Shown: piece after piece, positions 1 through 13,062 of the stretch
How positions within the stretch are numbered: the first letter of the stretch is position 1
Layout of the letters: each line of letters opens with the position of its first letter
Origin: Octopus vulgaris
Lineage: Eukaryota
Direction: 5' to 3'
NCBI GenBank assembly: GCA_951406725.2
Contig: OX597827.1
Span: forward strand, 55,862,001 to 55,926,000
DNA length: 64,000 nt
Position numbers and translations under genes: made by a program
The notes under the pieces: generated by a model
Told to the model about the DNA's origin: nothing
Databases searched by the model: none
The model's input: the letters and a program-made list of their open reading frames with translations, nothing else

Positions 1-1194
1 TATGGAATTGTAATGCTGTTGATTCCCGTTTTTCTATAATTTTTGTTTCATGTGCTGTATTGTAGTGTGTTGCACAACAATATTGTTGTGTGTTACACTC
101 ATAGGCTCAGGAACAGGGTACAAGGTGGCTATGAAATTGCTCTGAGAATCTTCCTAAGAAACTTCATCACCAAAATGAACAAACAGAAACGATTTTTGAA
201 CTGATTTGAAACATTAATTTTCCATTATTGGATTTGCCTGATTTGACTGATGTAAAAATATCATAATAACAACTATTATTTTACCTGTGTTTGTTTTGAT
301 ATAAAGAGTGAAAAAAAATTGACCTTGCTTGTAAAAGATTTTGGAGATGGGTTTGCAACCCCAAAGTAAATTTTGTTCCTGCACTTATTGTTACACATCA
401 AGGAGCCAACATGCAATCTATTTTTGTAGCTCATGCAACAAAAATCAATAAAAAACATTAGTTGACAATACTATAATGTTAGGTGTGTATGGAGGCTTTG
501 CTAACAGTAAACTATAAGCCAAAAATCAACACATGAAATGAATTATATAAAGTACCGAACTAAACTGTTGAATAACTTTTAAATCTGGAGCTGAACTAAA
601 AGAAAAGAAAGACAAAGAAGTAAAAATCACTAGCACTCCCCTGATCCTTTGTAACCTAATGCAAAGTATATGAAAAAAAAACACCATTCTAAAATTGTCT
701 TATTCTGAAGATAGAGCCAAGAAAGCTCCCAAAACATTAATGGACTCATAATGGATTTAGGAATACTAATGTTCCAAACAGAACATAAAGAACTAAAAAG
801 AAATATGAAAAATCTTCAATAATAAAAAAAAAAGCAAACTCATAATTGTGTCCTTAAAATCTACAAGATTTTCCATGACTGTATAATGAGAAGGTTGGAA
901 TTTTACAAAGGAAAGAGACATCTGACAAAGTTCTTTACATCATCTTAATATGAAAAAGTGCATATATGTATGTTCCAAGTTTTAGGTCACAAGTTTGCTC
1001 CTAGCTGACTGAAATTTTGCATAAGGAAACAATCTTTTCAAGAAAAATGTCATAGGCTATAGCTTTAAAAGTTTTTTCAGCTTGTGCTGCTGGATAAGTC
1101 TTGATCATGATTTTGATGATAAGCCTTTTCATTTACCCATCACAACAAATCTTAGTATGATGTAATCAAAAAGTCAATAGTTTGTTCCAGACAG

Positions 1195-1415
1195 AATATC
1201 CTTCCTCCTACAGGGACAAAGGCCTGAAATTTTGGGGGAGGGAGTTAGTTGATTACATTGACCCCAGTGCTCAACTGGTACTTATTTCATTGAGCCCAAA
1301 AGGATGAAAAGCAAAGTTGAGTTCAGCAGCAATTAAATTCAGAACATAAAAGATGGATGAAATGCCACTAAGTATCTTGTCTAATGTGCTAACAATCTTG
1401 CCAGCTCACTGCCTT
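1195..1415 (-). mobile_element. tRNA-derived SINE, family B (GCCTTTCATCCTTT...AAGTACCAG core, Deu/Nin-domain-like)
   Basis: Diverged reverse-complement match to the younger copies at 30353 and 39546. Confidence 0.7.
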
Positions 1416-2846
1416 GTCCCAGACAGAATACAATATCAAATATTAAAATTGAAGTAGAGATGCAGCATGGAATTTTTATCAGTGAACAGGTCTCGGTCAC
1501 AAAGTGATGAAAATATTTTGACAAATTAAATTTAAATGTTGAAGTGAATCTAATGGTTTTTGTGTGTTTCTTAAATGGTTTATAAACACCTTCCACGCTG
1601 CAATTGTTTTCGTTCCAGCACACGATCTCAGATCAGGTCACTTGCTATGCGAGTCCATCTCTGTAAATTGAAGTACTTTTTCCTAAAACATTCTCAAATT
1701 CAGTAACATTCATTTTTGTGGCTTCATTAACACTGTTAGTAATTACATTAAGCTCATTAAAAGTTTCATGTTTAAATGTATATCATTTAAGAGCAAAAAA
1801 AAAAAAACTCTTTTTTTTTCATTCCTACAGTTTTGATCATAGGTGATTAAATAAATAGAAATAATGTTCAGTTATCAGTATACTCTTGTTTTTAAACTAA
1901 GTGATGCCATATCATCATCATCATCATCACCATAAATTTGAGGTATTTTTTACCACGATAGGACTGATCTACATTATACCATCTCTCTAAGTGTCATCTA
2001 TACAGCAAGATCAGATTCAATTACATTTGTCAAGTCTTTATGAGTCTACTTCTTTGGAATGCACTTTACCACAGGGAGCCTCTATGTATGTACCCAACCT
2101 ACTAAATATAGCTAAATCTCTCTCAAGTCATATTTAAATGTCTGAAATGAATAAGGATACACTAGTTAACATAGTTCTGAGGTAAACTAAATCTGAGAAG
2201 GAACACTTTTGACCATAGGTTTGCTTAATAAGGGAGGACTTGGAGCAATGCACAGACATTAGTTCTTTACTCACAGCTAAGCTCTCCTGTATATTAATTG
2301 TGTACAACCACTAAATATTATTCCAATTGTTCTGTCTCCATTCAAAGTGCCTCAGCATTTCTTCATGTTATACGCTGTCAAATGTTACAGATGTTTCATA
2401 TAGTTTATCGGAGTGGGTGGGGGTGGGGGAAGAAAGCTTGTGTGTAACCAGGGCTTTCTAACAATAATTCTCTAAAAATTTTTACATTCATTTGAACACT
2501 GGCCACTATATTGACTCTCTAGTCACTTACACTAAATAATGAATGTCACTTATATGGCTGATATTACCCACTATTTCCAATGCGTAATTTAAGCAATCTG
2601 TGCCATTCAGGTTTTGGCTGAGGATGATCCAGTCTGTAAAATACTTCTAACACTTTTATTTCTTTTTTTCGGAGATATCTATTTGTACTTTTTGTGTCCA
2701 TAATGTATTGACTTCACAGTCTTGAATTCCACTTACTTATCTTCAAATACTGAAGCGGTGGTGCCCCAGCATGGCTGCGGCCTTCAGGCTAAAACATTTT
2801 TAAGGATTTAAGGATTTATAGCTATTTGTTCAATCTAGCACCTTAA

Positions 2847-3072
2847 CCTTTTAGCAATTAAACAGGTATATCCATCCAAAGTATTCTACCTGTTTTATGC
2901 TCAAATCAGCCATATCTGATTTCTCATACCTATCCTTTAATGTTATTGTAAAAAAAATAACCAATTAATCACACCATAACAGTCTCATAGCTACAAGATA
3001 ATGCACAATAAATTCAGAATAACTTGTATAAATAAGCGTTATATTTGACAGAGTAATCTGAATGCTAAATGG
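2847..3072. mobile_element. piggyBac-like MITE (TTAA-flanked, CC(C)TTTAGCATT...AATGCTAAAGGG ends)
   Basis: TTAA at 2843-2846 and 3073-3076 with short TIRs. Same family at 22679, 47985, 51440, and approximately 38160 and 41390. Confidence 0.65.
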
Positions 3073-3250
3073 TTAAGCTTGTTCCTGTTAACTTTTTACA
3101 TCTTTCCACTCAAGAATCGTCTTCTAGATGTTGAACATTTTTGATGTTATATAGCAGTATCTACAATTAGAAGCAGGGTGTCAGTTTACAGAAATATCCA
3201 CAATCATTCAATCCAGAACTCCTTTGTAATTTCTTTGAGGAAAAAAGAGT

Positions 3251-3698
3251 TCTCTTTCTCTTTTATCACTTTTACTCATTTCAGTCATTAGACTGCGACT
3301 ATACTGGGGCACTGGTTGAAGAATTTTTTGCTGAATGAATCGATCCCAGTACTTATTGTTTTTTTTAAAGCCTGGTACTTATTCTATCAGTCTCTCTGCC
3401 AAACCACTAAGTTATGGAGATGTAAACAAACCAACACTGTTTATCAAGTGGTGGTGGGGGACAAACACAAGCACAAAGACACACACACACGCACACACAA
3501 TTATATATATATATATATATACATACACACACACATAATGGGCTTCTTTCAGTTTCTATCTACCAAATCCACTTGCAAGGTTTTGGTCTACCTAAGGCTA
3601 TAGTAGAAAACACTTGTCCAAGGTGCCAAGCAGTGGGTTTGAACCTGGAACCATGTGGTTGGGAAGCAAACTTCTTACCACACAGCCATGCCTATGCC
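3251..3698 (-). mobile_element. tRNA-derived SINE, family A (GGCGCAGG..TGGCTGTGTGGTAAG head, internal TA/TG microsatellite, AAAAGAGT tail)
   Basis: Reverse complement of the copy at 3921-4327. Confidence 0.8.
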
Positions 3699-3920
3699 TG
3701 CACAGATCTTTTGTAGATGCCTGTGGGTACACAGCATTATTCCTTAAACTCACTAATAACCCAGCTTCTGCTTTAGCACCTTCATACATAGCTTCAATGT
3801 CTCCTATGACCATATTACTTTCCAAATATGTACCACAATGCAAAAATAAAACCACATCAAAATCCTTCTGGCAGTTCTCTTGCCAGATATACAAACCATT
3901 ATTGTTTCATATACTAATAT

Positions 3921-4327
3921 GGCGCAGGAGTGGCTGTGTGGTAAGTAGCTTGCTAACCAACCACATGGTTCCGGGTTCAGTCCCATTGCGTGGCATCTTG
4001 GGCAAGTGTCTTCTGCTATAGCCCTGGGCCGACCAATGCCTTGTGAGTGGATTTGGTAGACAGAAACTGAAAGAAGCCTGTTGTATATATGTATATATAT
4101 ATATGTGTGTGTGTGTTTGTTTGTGTGTCTGTGTTTGTCCCCCTAGCATTGCTTGACAACCGATGTGTGTTTATGTCCCCGTCACTTAGTGGTTCGGCAA
4201 AAAAGACCAATAGAATAAGTACTGGGCTTACAAAGAATAAGTCCTGGGGTCGATTTGCTCGACTAAAGGTGGTGCTCCAGCATGGCCGCAGTCAAATGAC
4301 TGAAACAAGTAAAAGAGTAAAAGAGTA
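3921..4327 (+). mobile_element. tRNA-derived SINE, family A, full length
   Basis: Box A-like TGGCTGTGTGG and box B-like GGTTCAGTCCC, tail AAAAGAGTAAAAGAGT. Many copies in the window. Confidence 0.85.
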
Positions 4328-4375
4328 ATACAGACTTGATTATCAATCTTAAATGCTCATTTTTTTAACAAAGAT

Positions 4376-4765
4376 TCTTTTATCATTTACTTGATTCAGT
4401 TATTAGACTCTGGCCATATTGGAGCACCATCACCTTGAAGAATTCTTAGTCAAATGAATCAACACCAGGACTTATTTTTTGAAACTTGGTACTTATTCTA
4501 TTGCTCTCTTTTGCTGAACCATTAAATTATGGGGACGTAAACACACCAACACCAGCTGTCAAGCGGTGGTGGGGGGCAAACACAGATACAAAGACACACA
4601 TGTGACAGGCTTCTTTCAGTTTCTATCTACCAAATCCACTCGCAAGGCTTTGGTCGGCCCAAGGCTATAGTAGGAAACACTTGTTTAAGGGGCCTTGCAG
4701 TGGTACTGAACCTGGAACCACATGTTTGGAAAGCAAGCTTCTTACCACAGAGCCACGCCTGTGTC
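4376..4765 (-). mobile_element. tRNA-derived SINE, family A
   Basis: Inverted copy, tail-to-tail with 3921-4327. Confidence 0.8.
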
Positions 4766-5100
4766 AAAAAAGACATCACAAATTCTTCAAATTTAGAAAG
4801 CTTTTCATGTCAACGCGATGATGTTATTCAGCTAAGCTATCCATAATTTTTCCATTGCAAAATGTAAATGTATGAATAAATAGTTTCTAAAATTACAATT
4901 TTAAAATACCGATAAAGAAATGCAAGAAGACAGATAAAAGAAGTAAAAAAAGCAAATAAACAATGTATAAAAGGGGAGATAATTCTAGTTAAGTTGGAAA
5001 CTATGTTTGAGAAGAGATAAAAGGACACCATAAGAAAGCACTAGGAAAAGAATAAACAAACACTGAAGGTCGGTGTGGTGGCGCAGCAGTAGCTACCTAC

Positions 5101-5130
5101 CTTGATGTCACTCTGAGAGGAAACAACAGC
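5101..5130 (-). CDS. CCDC186: Candidate 30-nt in-frame microexon (AVVSSQSDIK) of the CCDC186-like gene
   Basis: Pyrimidine-rich, AG-free stretch of about 98 nt ending CTGACAG, then AAG|GTAGGT donor. Phase 0-0 matches the preceding exon and there is no stop codon. No homology support. Confidence 0.55.
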
Positions 5131-5665
5131 CTGTCAGGTCAGGTGTGGAAACGAAAAAAAAAGTATAAGACAAAAAAAATAAAAATAAAAAAATGAAGGT
5201 GGGAAAAGGTGAGAAGAATAAGGGGGGTTTCTGTAAGCAATCAATGTAAAATGGAAGTAAAAAAAACGGTGAAAGATACGAGGAGGAGGAGGAGGGAGGA
5301 TGATGATGATGAGGATTAAAATAAAAGTAAAGTGCTTTTAATGTTGAAAGCAGATATGAAGCAGTGGTTAATATTGACAACTTATTATCTACAGAGCAAT
5401 TCAGATGGCAAATGCAAAGGAATTATACAAATGTTAAAGAACTGTTAGTTTCATAAAGACTTTTCTACATCTATTTCAAACAACAATGCAAATCTCACAC
5501 TGAAGCATTGGACCAACAGGCTAGCATAAGGTCTTAGCTTATTTTGTATTAAAATTTGGGTTAGAAAGTCTTCTACATGCTTCCAATACATGAAACATTT
5601 TAAATGTAGAAATATTACAATTCTAAATATCTCAGAGAGATATAAGCAGTAGTGGAACGATAGAG

Positions 5666-5946
5666 TAGTTGTATACTGTTAACTTAATGTGACAGTCCCA
5701 TGAAGGGAATCACACCACTACTATTTAGTCCTAGGAAGCATCACTATGTTCCTAGTGATAAGGATACTATGTGTCCTTATGTTTACAAGGCATAGCTGGG
5801 TGGGGGTGCTTGTCTCCCCCTTGTAAACATAAGGACACAGGAAATGTGTCAAGGCTGACAGGAAGCGTTGCTGCTTCCTAGGGCTAAATAGCAGTGGTGT
5901 GATTCCCTTCATGGGACTGTCACATTAAGTTGACAGTATACAACTA
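5666..5946. mobile_element. Foldback/MITE-like palindrome with ~75-bp outer arms and a 21-bp inner inverted repeat
   Basis: 5666-5740 is a near-exact reverse complement of 5872-5946. 5770-5790 is the reverse complement of 5819-5839. Confidence 0.8.
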
Positions 5947-6062
5947 TTTTAAATGTAGACTTGAATCAATTTTGGTTTTAGATTTGCTTTTAGATAACAG
6001 CAGCAGTTGTAGCTAAACTAGCTTGATTGTGGTCCACTGTGAATGTACTGTTAGGACACCAT

Positions 6063-6280
6063 AAGGCAATGAGCTGGCAGAATTGTTAATGCACTGGGCA
6101 AAATGCTTAGTGCCATTTCAGCCATCTTTACATCCTGAGTTCAAATTCTGCCATGGTCAACTTTGCTTTTCATCCATTCGGGTTCGATAAAATAAGTACC
6201 AGTTGAGCATTGGGGTCAATGTAATCAACTTACTCCCTCCCCTGAAATTACGGGCCTTATGGCAAAATATAAAACCATTA
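6063..6280 (+). mobile_element. tRNA-derived SINE, family B
   Basis: GAGCTGGCAGAA head, GAGTTCAAATTC box B, family B core. Confidence 0.75.
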
Positions 6281-7251
6281 TAACATCGCATTACTATGGT
6301 TTTCAGCTTGAGAGATCTTCACAGATAGAGACATGGTACTAAAAGTACAGACATCTGCTAGACAACATGTCTGTGCTTTTAGCACTATAACTCTGTATGA
6401 GAGGATCTCTCAAGGTGAATACAAAATGATTGCCATTTGGTATTAACACTACTCCTGTTGCTAATATATATTTTTTAATAACTAATATGACCAAGCAAAT
6501 GAAACAAGCATTTTTTTTAGCAGATCCATTCCAAAGTAGTTTCTTGTGTCTGACAATACTCTTGTCAATTTTAGCTTGTTCTCATTGCAGGGACAAACAA
6601 TATGTGCTTGTGGTACATGTTTATAACTAGTGGACTAAAACACAGAGATTTCAGTATCTTGGTCAGGAATCCAATAAAAGTACTGCTAATACAATTTGCA
6701 CCATTGATCTTTATTGGCAACACGGCCTGCTCCCTAACAACTTGATTATGTTGTTTATCTTTGTTTCAGTTTAGTTGCTGGAATGATGGTTCTAGTTTTA
6801 AATCAAGGTGTTGGGGAGATCCTTGAAACAACTCGTCACTGAGTTCAAATACCACTAAAGTCGACTTTGCTTATCATCCTTCTGGAGATGATGAAATAAA
6901 GTACTGATCAAGTACTGCTAACAGTTCATTTGGCTGATTCCTCTACTCAATTTTATAGCCTTGTGCCAATTTCAGAAGTTAACATAATGTAAACTCGTTC
7001 ATCTATTTCACATGTGTGTGTGTGTGCGTGTTAAACTGAAATTACTATTTTAAAATGAGTTTAAGAATAACAGCCGAACATGCACTGATAATGGGGACTT
7101 GATGCTGAGAATAGATCAAAATGTATTGTAAAATTCGTTTTGTATAGGCCTGTAAGTTTTGGATGTTGGCTGTTCAACCAGCTTGGTGGAACAACCATCA
7201 GGAGATAGTAACGGTCCCAGTCAACATACATTTTACAATATGTCCATACAT

Positions 7252-7298
<47 letters not shown>

Positions 7299-9121
7299 AC
7301 ATATCCAAAATCCATATATCTATATCCATATATCTATCTAAACATACAAACAAGCACATAAATGTACACAAAAAACTGTTAGAGGAAAAGCAAAATTAAT
7401 AAAGCAAGCTTTGCTGGTTATTATGGTTATATATATATATATATATATACATGGATATACATATATACAGAGAGAGAGAAAGAGAGAATAAGTCTTTTTC
7501 TAATATGTTTGAGCATTTCTCTAACTTAAACTATCGCAACACATTACAGAAAATATTGAATGCTAATAAATTTGGTCAAGTTTGTGAAAAACTTAGGTTG
7601 CTGAAAAAGAAGAAGAAGAAAAAAAAAGATAATAACAGAAGCAACAACATGTAATTGAAGAAAGAAATTTTCGAAAAATATATTTCAGTGCTTGCTAAAT
7701 AAGAATGTGAAGATGAATTAACAGAAAGATATTCAAATGAAAATAGCAAAAGAAAATTGAAAAAAAGAAAAGATAAATTTTTTTGAAATCAATCAATTGG
7801 TGCTGTTGAATCATCCATGTGCATCAGTTTGTATGATGAAATGAGAGAGACAGAGAAAGTATGCTAGTATGAATATTTCTCTTTCAAATATATACATTTA
7901 TAGGAAGAGAAGGATAGGAGGGAGGGAGAGATGGATTAGATGGATGGATCGATAGATAGATAGACAGACAGATAGATAGACTGAAAGATATGTAGATAGA
8001 TGGTGTTTCTTAGAGAGAATAAATGTAGCTGATTGAATTAATTACTAACAAAGTCAACTCGAGTTAGTTTTAACCTGAGAACACTGAGATAGGAACCTAC
8101 ATACTGCAAAGCATCTCCACAAACACCACTGCCACTATTTTTTTAACAGTTTCATCAGAGTGTAAAGGGCAATGCTCATAATCCCACAGTAACTTCAAGA
8201 TTGGTGGGATTAAAAGAACGCCTTATTTTCAGATGGGAAATCTAGCCTGAATGTTTGCAACAGAGTAGACGGACTCCACTAAATATACCCAAGGGCCAGG
8301 AGGTGATGTTACACCAGACGATGGGTTATGGTCCCACAAAGTTTCCATTTCCAAAATTTCACTTGCAAAGTTTTTGCTTGACCTGAGTCAGTGAATGAAG
8401 GCACTTGTCCAAACCAAACCCAGAACCAAGTCGTTGTAAAGTAAACTTCTTAGCCATACAGGCAGGCCTGGACTATTTTGGCTGTAGTGCTACTGACTCT
8501 GCGAATCTGTTGTCTCAATAACAATAAGAACAATGATTTCTTACATAAGCACAAGGCCAAGATCAGCTCCAGCACTTGACTGCTACTTATTTTATTAGCC
8601 CTCCCCACAGAAAGGAAGGACAAAAAACAAAGTCGATATTAGCGAGATTTCAAAGTTGACAAGCTGGCAGAACCATTAGCACGCTGGGCAAAAAGCTTAG
8701 CAGCATTTCATCAGTCTTTCTACTGAGGTCAACTTTGCCCTTCATCCTTTTGAGGTCAATATGGTAAGTACCAGTTGAGCATTATGTAATCAATTTAAAC
8801 CTTCCCCCAAACTTACTGGCCTTGTGCCAAAATCTGAAATCAATATTAGGGAGATTTCATAAAGGAACATAACTCAATACTGTAAAACCATCACTCTAAT
8901 AACAATGGTTTCTAATTTAGGCACAAGGCCAGCAATTTTGAGGAGAAGGGTTAGCTGATACCAGTAACCCCAATTCAATTGGTACAGTATTTTATCAACC
9001 TTGATGCAATCATAGACAAAGACGACCTTGGTGGGATATGAACTCAGAGCTGAGATAAACACTGCAAAGCATTCTCTCTAATATCCAACGAATGCTGCCA
9101 GCTTGCTGCTTTTACCATCCC

Positions 9122-9152
<31 letters not shown>

Positions 9153-9615
9153 TTCATGATCTTTTACCTACATATGGGCACAGATAAACATCTAGTTGCA
9201 GATTATAAAGACAGTAAAACAAGAGATGGTACCTAAAAACTTATTACTGATTGATAAAGAATGCTGCTGTTTTCATGTAACTGAGTGTACAGAAATGGCA
9301 CAGGTGAATTCAATTTGGTGGATTCCACATTTCTTCAAACAGAAACAGTAACTTGTGTTGTTATTGTTATCGTTATTATTTTACTTCTCAGAGCTCTTGG
9401 TCTTACTTGCTTTTGTTGATTCTGTGAGAGCAGACAGCAACCTGTTGCCAGAGGTCTCACATGGTCTCTTTCTGCAAATTATAAGACTTGTTACTTAGAT
9501 GTCAACTATCATGAAAGATACACAACACCTAAGCACCAATCACAAAATCCTAGCTGTCCCCATTAGAGCAGTTTTGGGGCCCTGCTCTGCTCTTATTATC
9601 ATTATTATTAAAATT

Positions 9616-10677
9616 ATTGAGTGAGAGAGCAATGCATGTGATGAAAGTGACACTGAGGTACAAATATACGAAGCCCAATATACTCATCATGACTACTCAT
9701 CTGATAAGAGCACACAAGGCACATGCATCACAACCATATGTGTGCAACATGGTGATCTCGTAATAAGGTAAACAATACATGACCTTGTAAGGTGGGGCCC
9801 AGTTAGAATTTTCTTCAGGTCAAGTAGCCCATCTCGCTCAAAAGGTCTCTGAATAAGGTTTGTTTAAGAATGAACAAAACACCCACGTTTCCAGAGGTGA
9901 ATTATCCAAACCACAAAGAATTCCTCTAAACACATGGCTATGATGCTCCCCCACTACTTCTGCTTGAAATCAGAGATGCACATATTGTCAACCAATAAGG
10001 GAACATACTCAAGTAGTGAAGGGCAAGCAACTGACAAGCAAATGTGGTATTGAGCAGAATATTTGTTGTAGCCCTTCTTTTATACCAAGACAAAACATAT
10101 ACATGATAATTATTATTATTATTGAGTGAGAGAGCAGTTCATGCCATCAAAGTGACACTGGGGTAAAATATACGAAGCCCAATATACCCATCATGACTAC
10201 CCGTCTGATAAGGGTACACCAGGCACATGCATCACAACCATATGTGCGCAACATGGTGATCTCATATCAAGGTAAACAGCACATGACCTTGCAGGTGGGG
10301 CCCAGTTAGAATTTTCTTCAGGTCGAGTAGCCCATCCCACTCAAAAGGTCCCTGAATAAGGGTTGTTTAAGGATGTTGAAAGAACCACCCATGTTTCCAG
10401 AGGTGAATTATTCAAACCCCAAAGAATCCCTTTCAACACATGGCTATGATGCTCCCCCAATACTTCTCCTCGTGATCAGAGATGCACATATCGTCAGCCA
10501 CTAAGGAACATGCTCAACTGGTTACGGTCAAACAACTGACAAGCAAATCTGTGGTATTGAGCAGAATATTTGCTGTAGCCCATCTTTTATACCAAGACAA
10601 AACAATGTACATGATAACACTTCCAATCAGTTAAGATCAGAAGCCATGAGAGCCACTGCCTGGTACTGCATCAGGTC

Positions 10678-10680
<3 letters not shown>
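9616..10680 (-). mobile_element. Two head-to-tail copies of a ~500-560-bp non-coding repeat embedded in (TAA)n
   Basis: 9616-10108 and 10121-10680 are homologous and each is bounded by (ATT)n. Fragments also at about 20525-20620 and 24490-24615. Confidence 0.75.
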
Positions 10681-10731
<51 letters not shown>

Positions 10732-10781
10732 CGTTATTATTGTTGTTGTTATTATCATCATCATCATTATTATTATTATTA

Positions 10782-10833
<52 letters not shown>
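10681..10833. repeat. (ATT)n microsatellite with ATC/GTT interruptions
   Basis: Direct reading. Confidence 0.95.
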
Positions 10834-10834
<1 letters not shown>

Positions 10835-12751
10835 TGTAGTTTAGTAGTAGTTCATTAACTTAATGGGTTAAAAAGAAACATTAATATAGAGTTAAGCAGT
10901 ATTAGACATAATTAGTGCTTAAATTAGATGCCTAAAACACAGTATATCAGTCACGTGGTTAACTAACTTCCTACCAAGCAATCAGAATAGAAAACATATT
11001 CTGCTTTCTAGGCAAGAGCTAGTAATGGACAAAGGCAAATGTCTTATGCAGGTGTTGAAAATTCCAGAATACAAAGAAGGCTAAATCAAAATATGACAGA
11101 ATATTGTGTTTATAATGATATAGCAACACTTAAACCATGGTAAGCTCTAATAGCCCTGCTTCTTTTTCTTAGCAAGATATTACATTAACTTAGCAGAAAA
11201 AATATTTGGCTGTTCAAATGTTTATTTAGAATAATGTGTATGAATTGATGACTTTTGTTCACTCTTGCAACATCATCCTCATTATCATCATTGCTTTAAC
11301 TCACATGATGTGAACAGAATTTGTTGAGGCAGATCTTCAGTGGTGGGATGTCCTTGTTGCCAACTCTCACTTGTTTCCAATTAAGGTAATAATTTTTCCA
11401 TGACCAAATAAGTCTTCACAAAATACTGGAAACGAATGACATTGCTTGCATGACGGTGACACTCATTTACAACTATCACACAATGTCAAAGCAAGGAGAC
11501 ACTAACTCTCAAATACACACACACAAACACACACATATGACAAGCTTTTTTTTTTTCCAGTTTCTGTTAACCAAATCCACTCATAAACCTTTGATCAGCC
11601 AAGGGCTATAGTAGAAAACAGATGCCCAAAGTGCTGTGGTTGGGAAACAAACTTCCTATACACAGTCACATTTGTGCCTTTATTAGTCAGCGATTTTAGG
11701 AGAGATGTAAATGGTGAAACATTTACTTGATGTCCTTGAAATGTATTTGTGACAAACTTAAAACAAACCAATGGAACACAAATACAGGCATCACCCATGT
11801 TATAACTACCTGAGGTTACGGGATTCTGTGTTCATGGGAGGAAACTGTAAAGACTGACAACTAGTTTCTGAATAAATTTTGTAATTTCATCCTTACAGGA
11901 ACTTGGGTAAATTCTAAGAATTTAAAAACTACACATTCTTTATAGCCAAAAGGCTAATTTTTGGCATTTTAGCTGAGGTCAGAGTATGGAGAGAGAGTAT
12001 GTGTGTATAAAAAGTGCTCTTTATATTGGGAGAAATGAATCAATGCCTTGTTGATAGCTTTCAGGGGGACATGCAAAACATACTACTTTGCCAGACAAAC
12101 TGATTGACACCCACTTCAACACAAAAGGCCACTTCATCACTCACTTATCAGTGTACAGCATCTCCACACACCATGGAACCACATTCTCAAGGAAACAGGA
12201 GGGAATAATGTTTCATGTTCAAACTTGATGCCATGTTATGAACAGATTTAAATGAAAGTTTTTCCCCCTCTACTCTTATACCTCCTCTTAGTTCTTATAT
12301 ATTAACTTCACTCTCATCTCGTCTTTTCCCTTTACCTCACACTCATCTTTGCCTGTTTCTTCATCTCATTCCATTCCTCTTTCTCCTACCTCTCTCACTC
12401 AATTTCTCTCTCTCTCACTATTTCCTGTTCACATATAAAATTTTCATAGTCTTGTGTTCTTCATCAATTGCAGCCAATTTCTTTAAATCAGAGGATGTAA
12501 AACTCAACTGTGTCTCTTTAATTTCTCTATCATCAACTTTTTGATGAAGAAAGACTGACTGAAATGTTGGATTTTCCATTTATCATATTAGGGCAAGTTC
12601 ACTTTCGTTTGTTGACTTTTACCATATGTGTGTGTGTGCGTGTGTTTATAAATACACACACACACACACACATGCAAACAACACATGCACATAATGCACA
12701 CACACACATTGAGTATGAATAATTCAATATGCACCAGTATACTAGATCACT

Positions 12752-13062
12752 TGTGGAGGTGCAATGGCCCAGTGGTTAAGGCAGCAAACTCGCAGTCAGA
12801 GGATCGCGGTTTCGATTCCCAGTCCGAGCATTGTGTGTGTTTATTGAGTGAAAACACCTAAAAAGCTCCATGAAGCTCTGGCAGGGGGTGGTGGCGACAC
12901 CTGTTGTACTCTTTCACCACAACTTTCTCTCACTCTCACTTTCTGTTTCTTGAGTAACGTTGCGATGGACTGGCGTCCCGTCCGGCTGGGGGGAACACAT
13001 ATGCCACAGAAACTGGGAAACCGGGCCCATGAGCCTGGCTAGGCTTGAAAAGGGTGACGTTT
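12752..13062 (+). mobile_element. tRNA-derived SINE with V-domain-like GCGATGGACTGGCGTCCCGTCC segment
   Basis: Box A TGGCCCAGTGG, box B GGTTTCGATTCC. Exact 14-bp TSD TATACTAGATCACT at 12738-12751 and 13063-13076. Confidence 0.85.

Noticed and set aside
3598-4021. 98-135-aa ORFs on both strands
   Set aside because: Both ORFs run into flanking SINE sequence. The unique middle has no recognisable domain or matching splice sites.
7334-7377. Strong-looking minus-strand acceptor followed by FFVYIYVLVCMFR-stop (possible alternative last exon)
   Set aside because: The peptide derives from TG/TA-rich low-complexity sequence, is too short for a membrane anchor, and has no homology.
9407-9471. Exon-like segment TTTGCAG|AAAGAGACCATGTGA...AGCAA|GTAAGA on the minus strand
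   Set aside because: 65 nt, and gives KETM-stop in the required phase. The pyrimidine tract is weak, with another AG about 15 nt upstream. A poison exon cannot be excluded, but nothing supports it.
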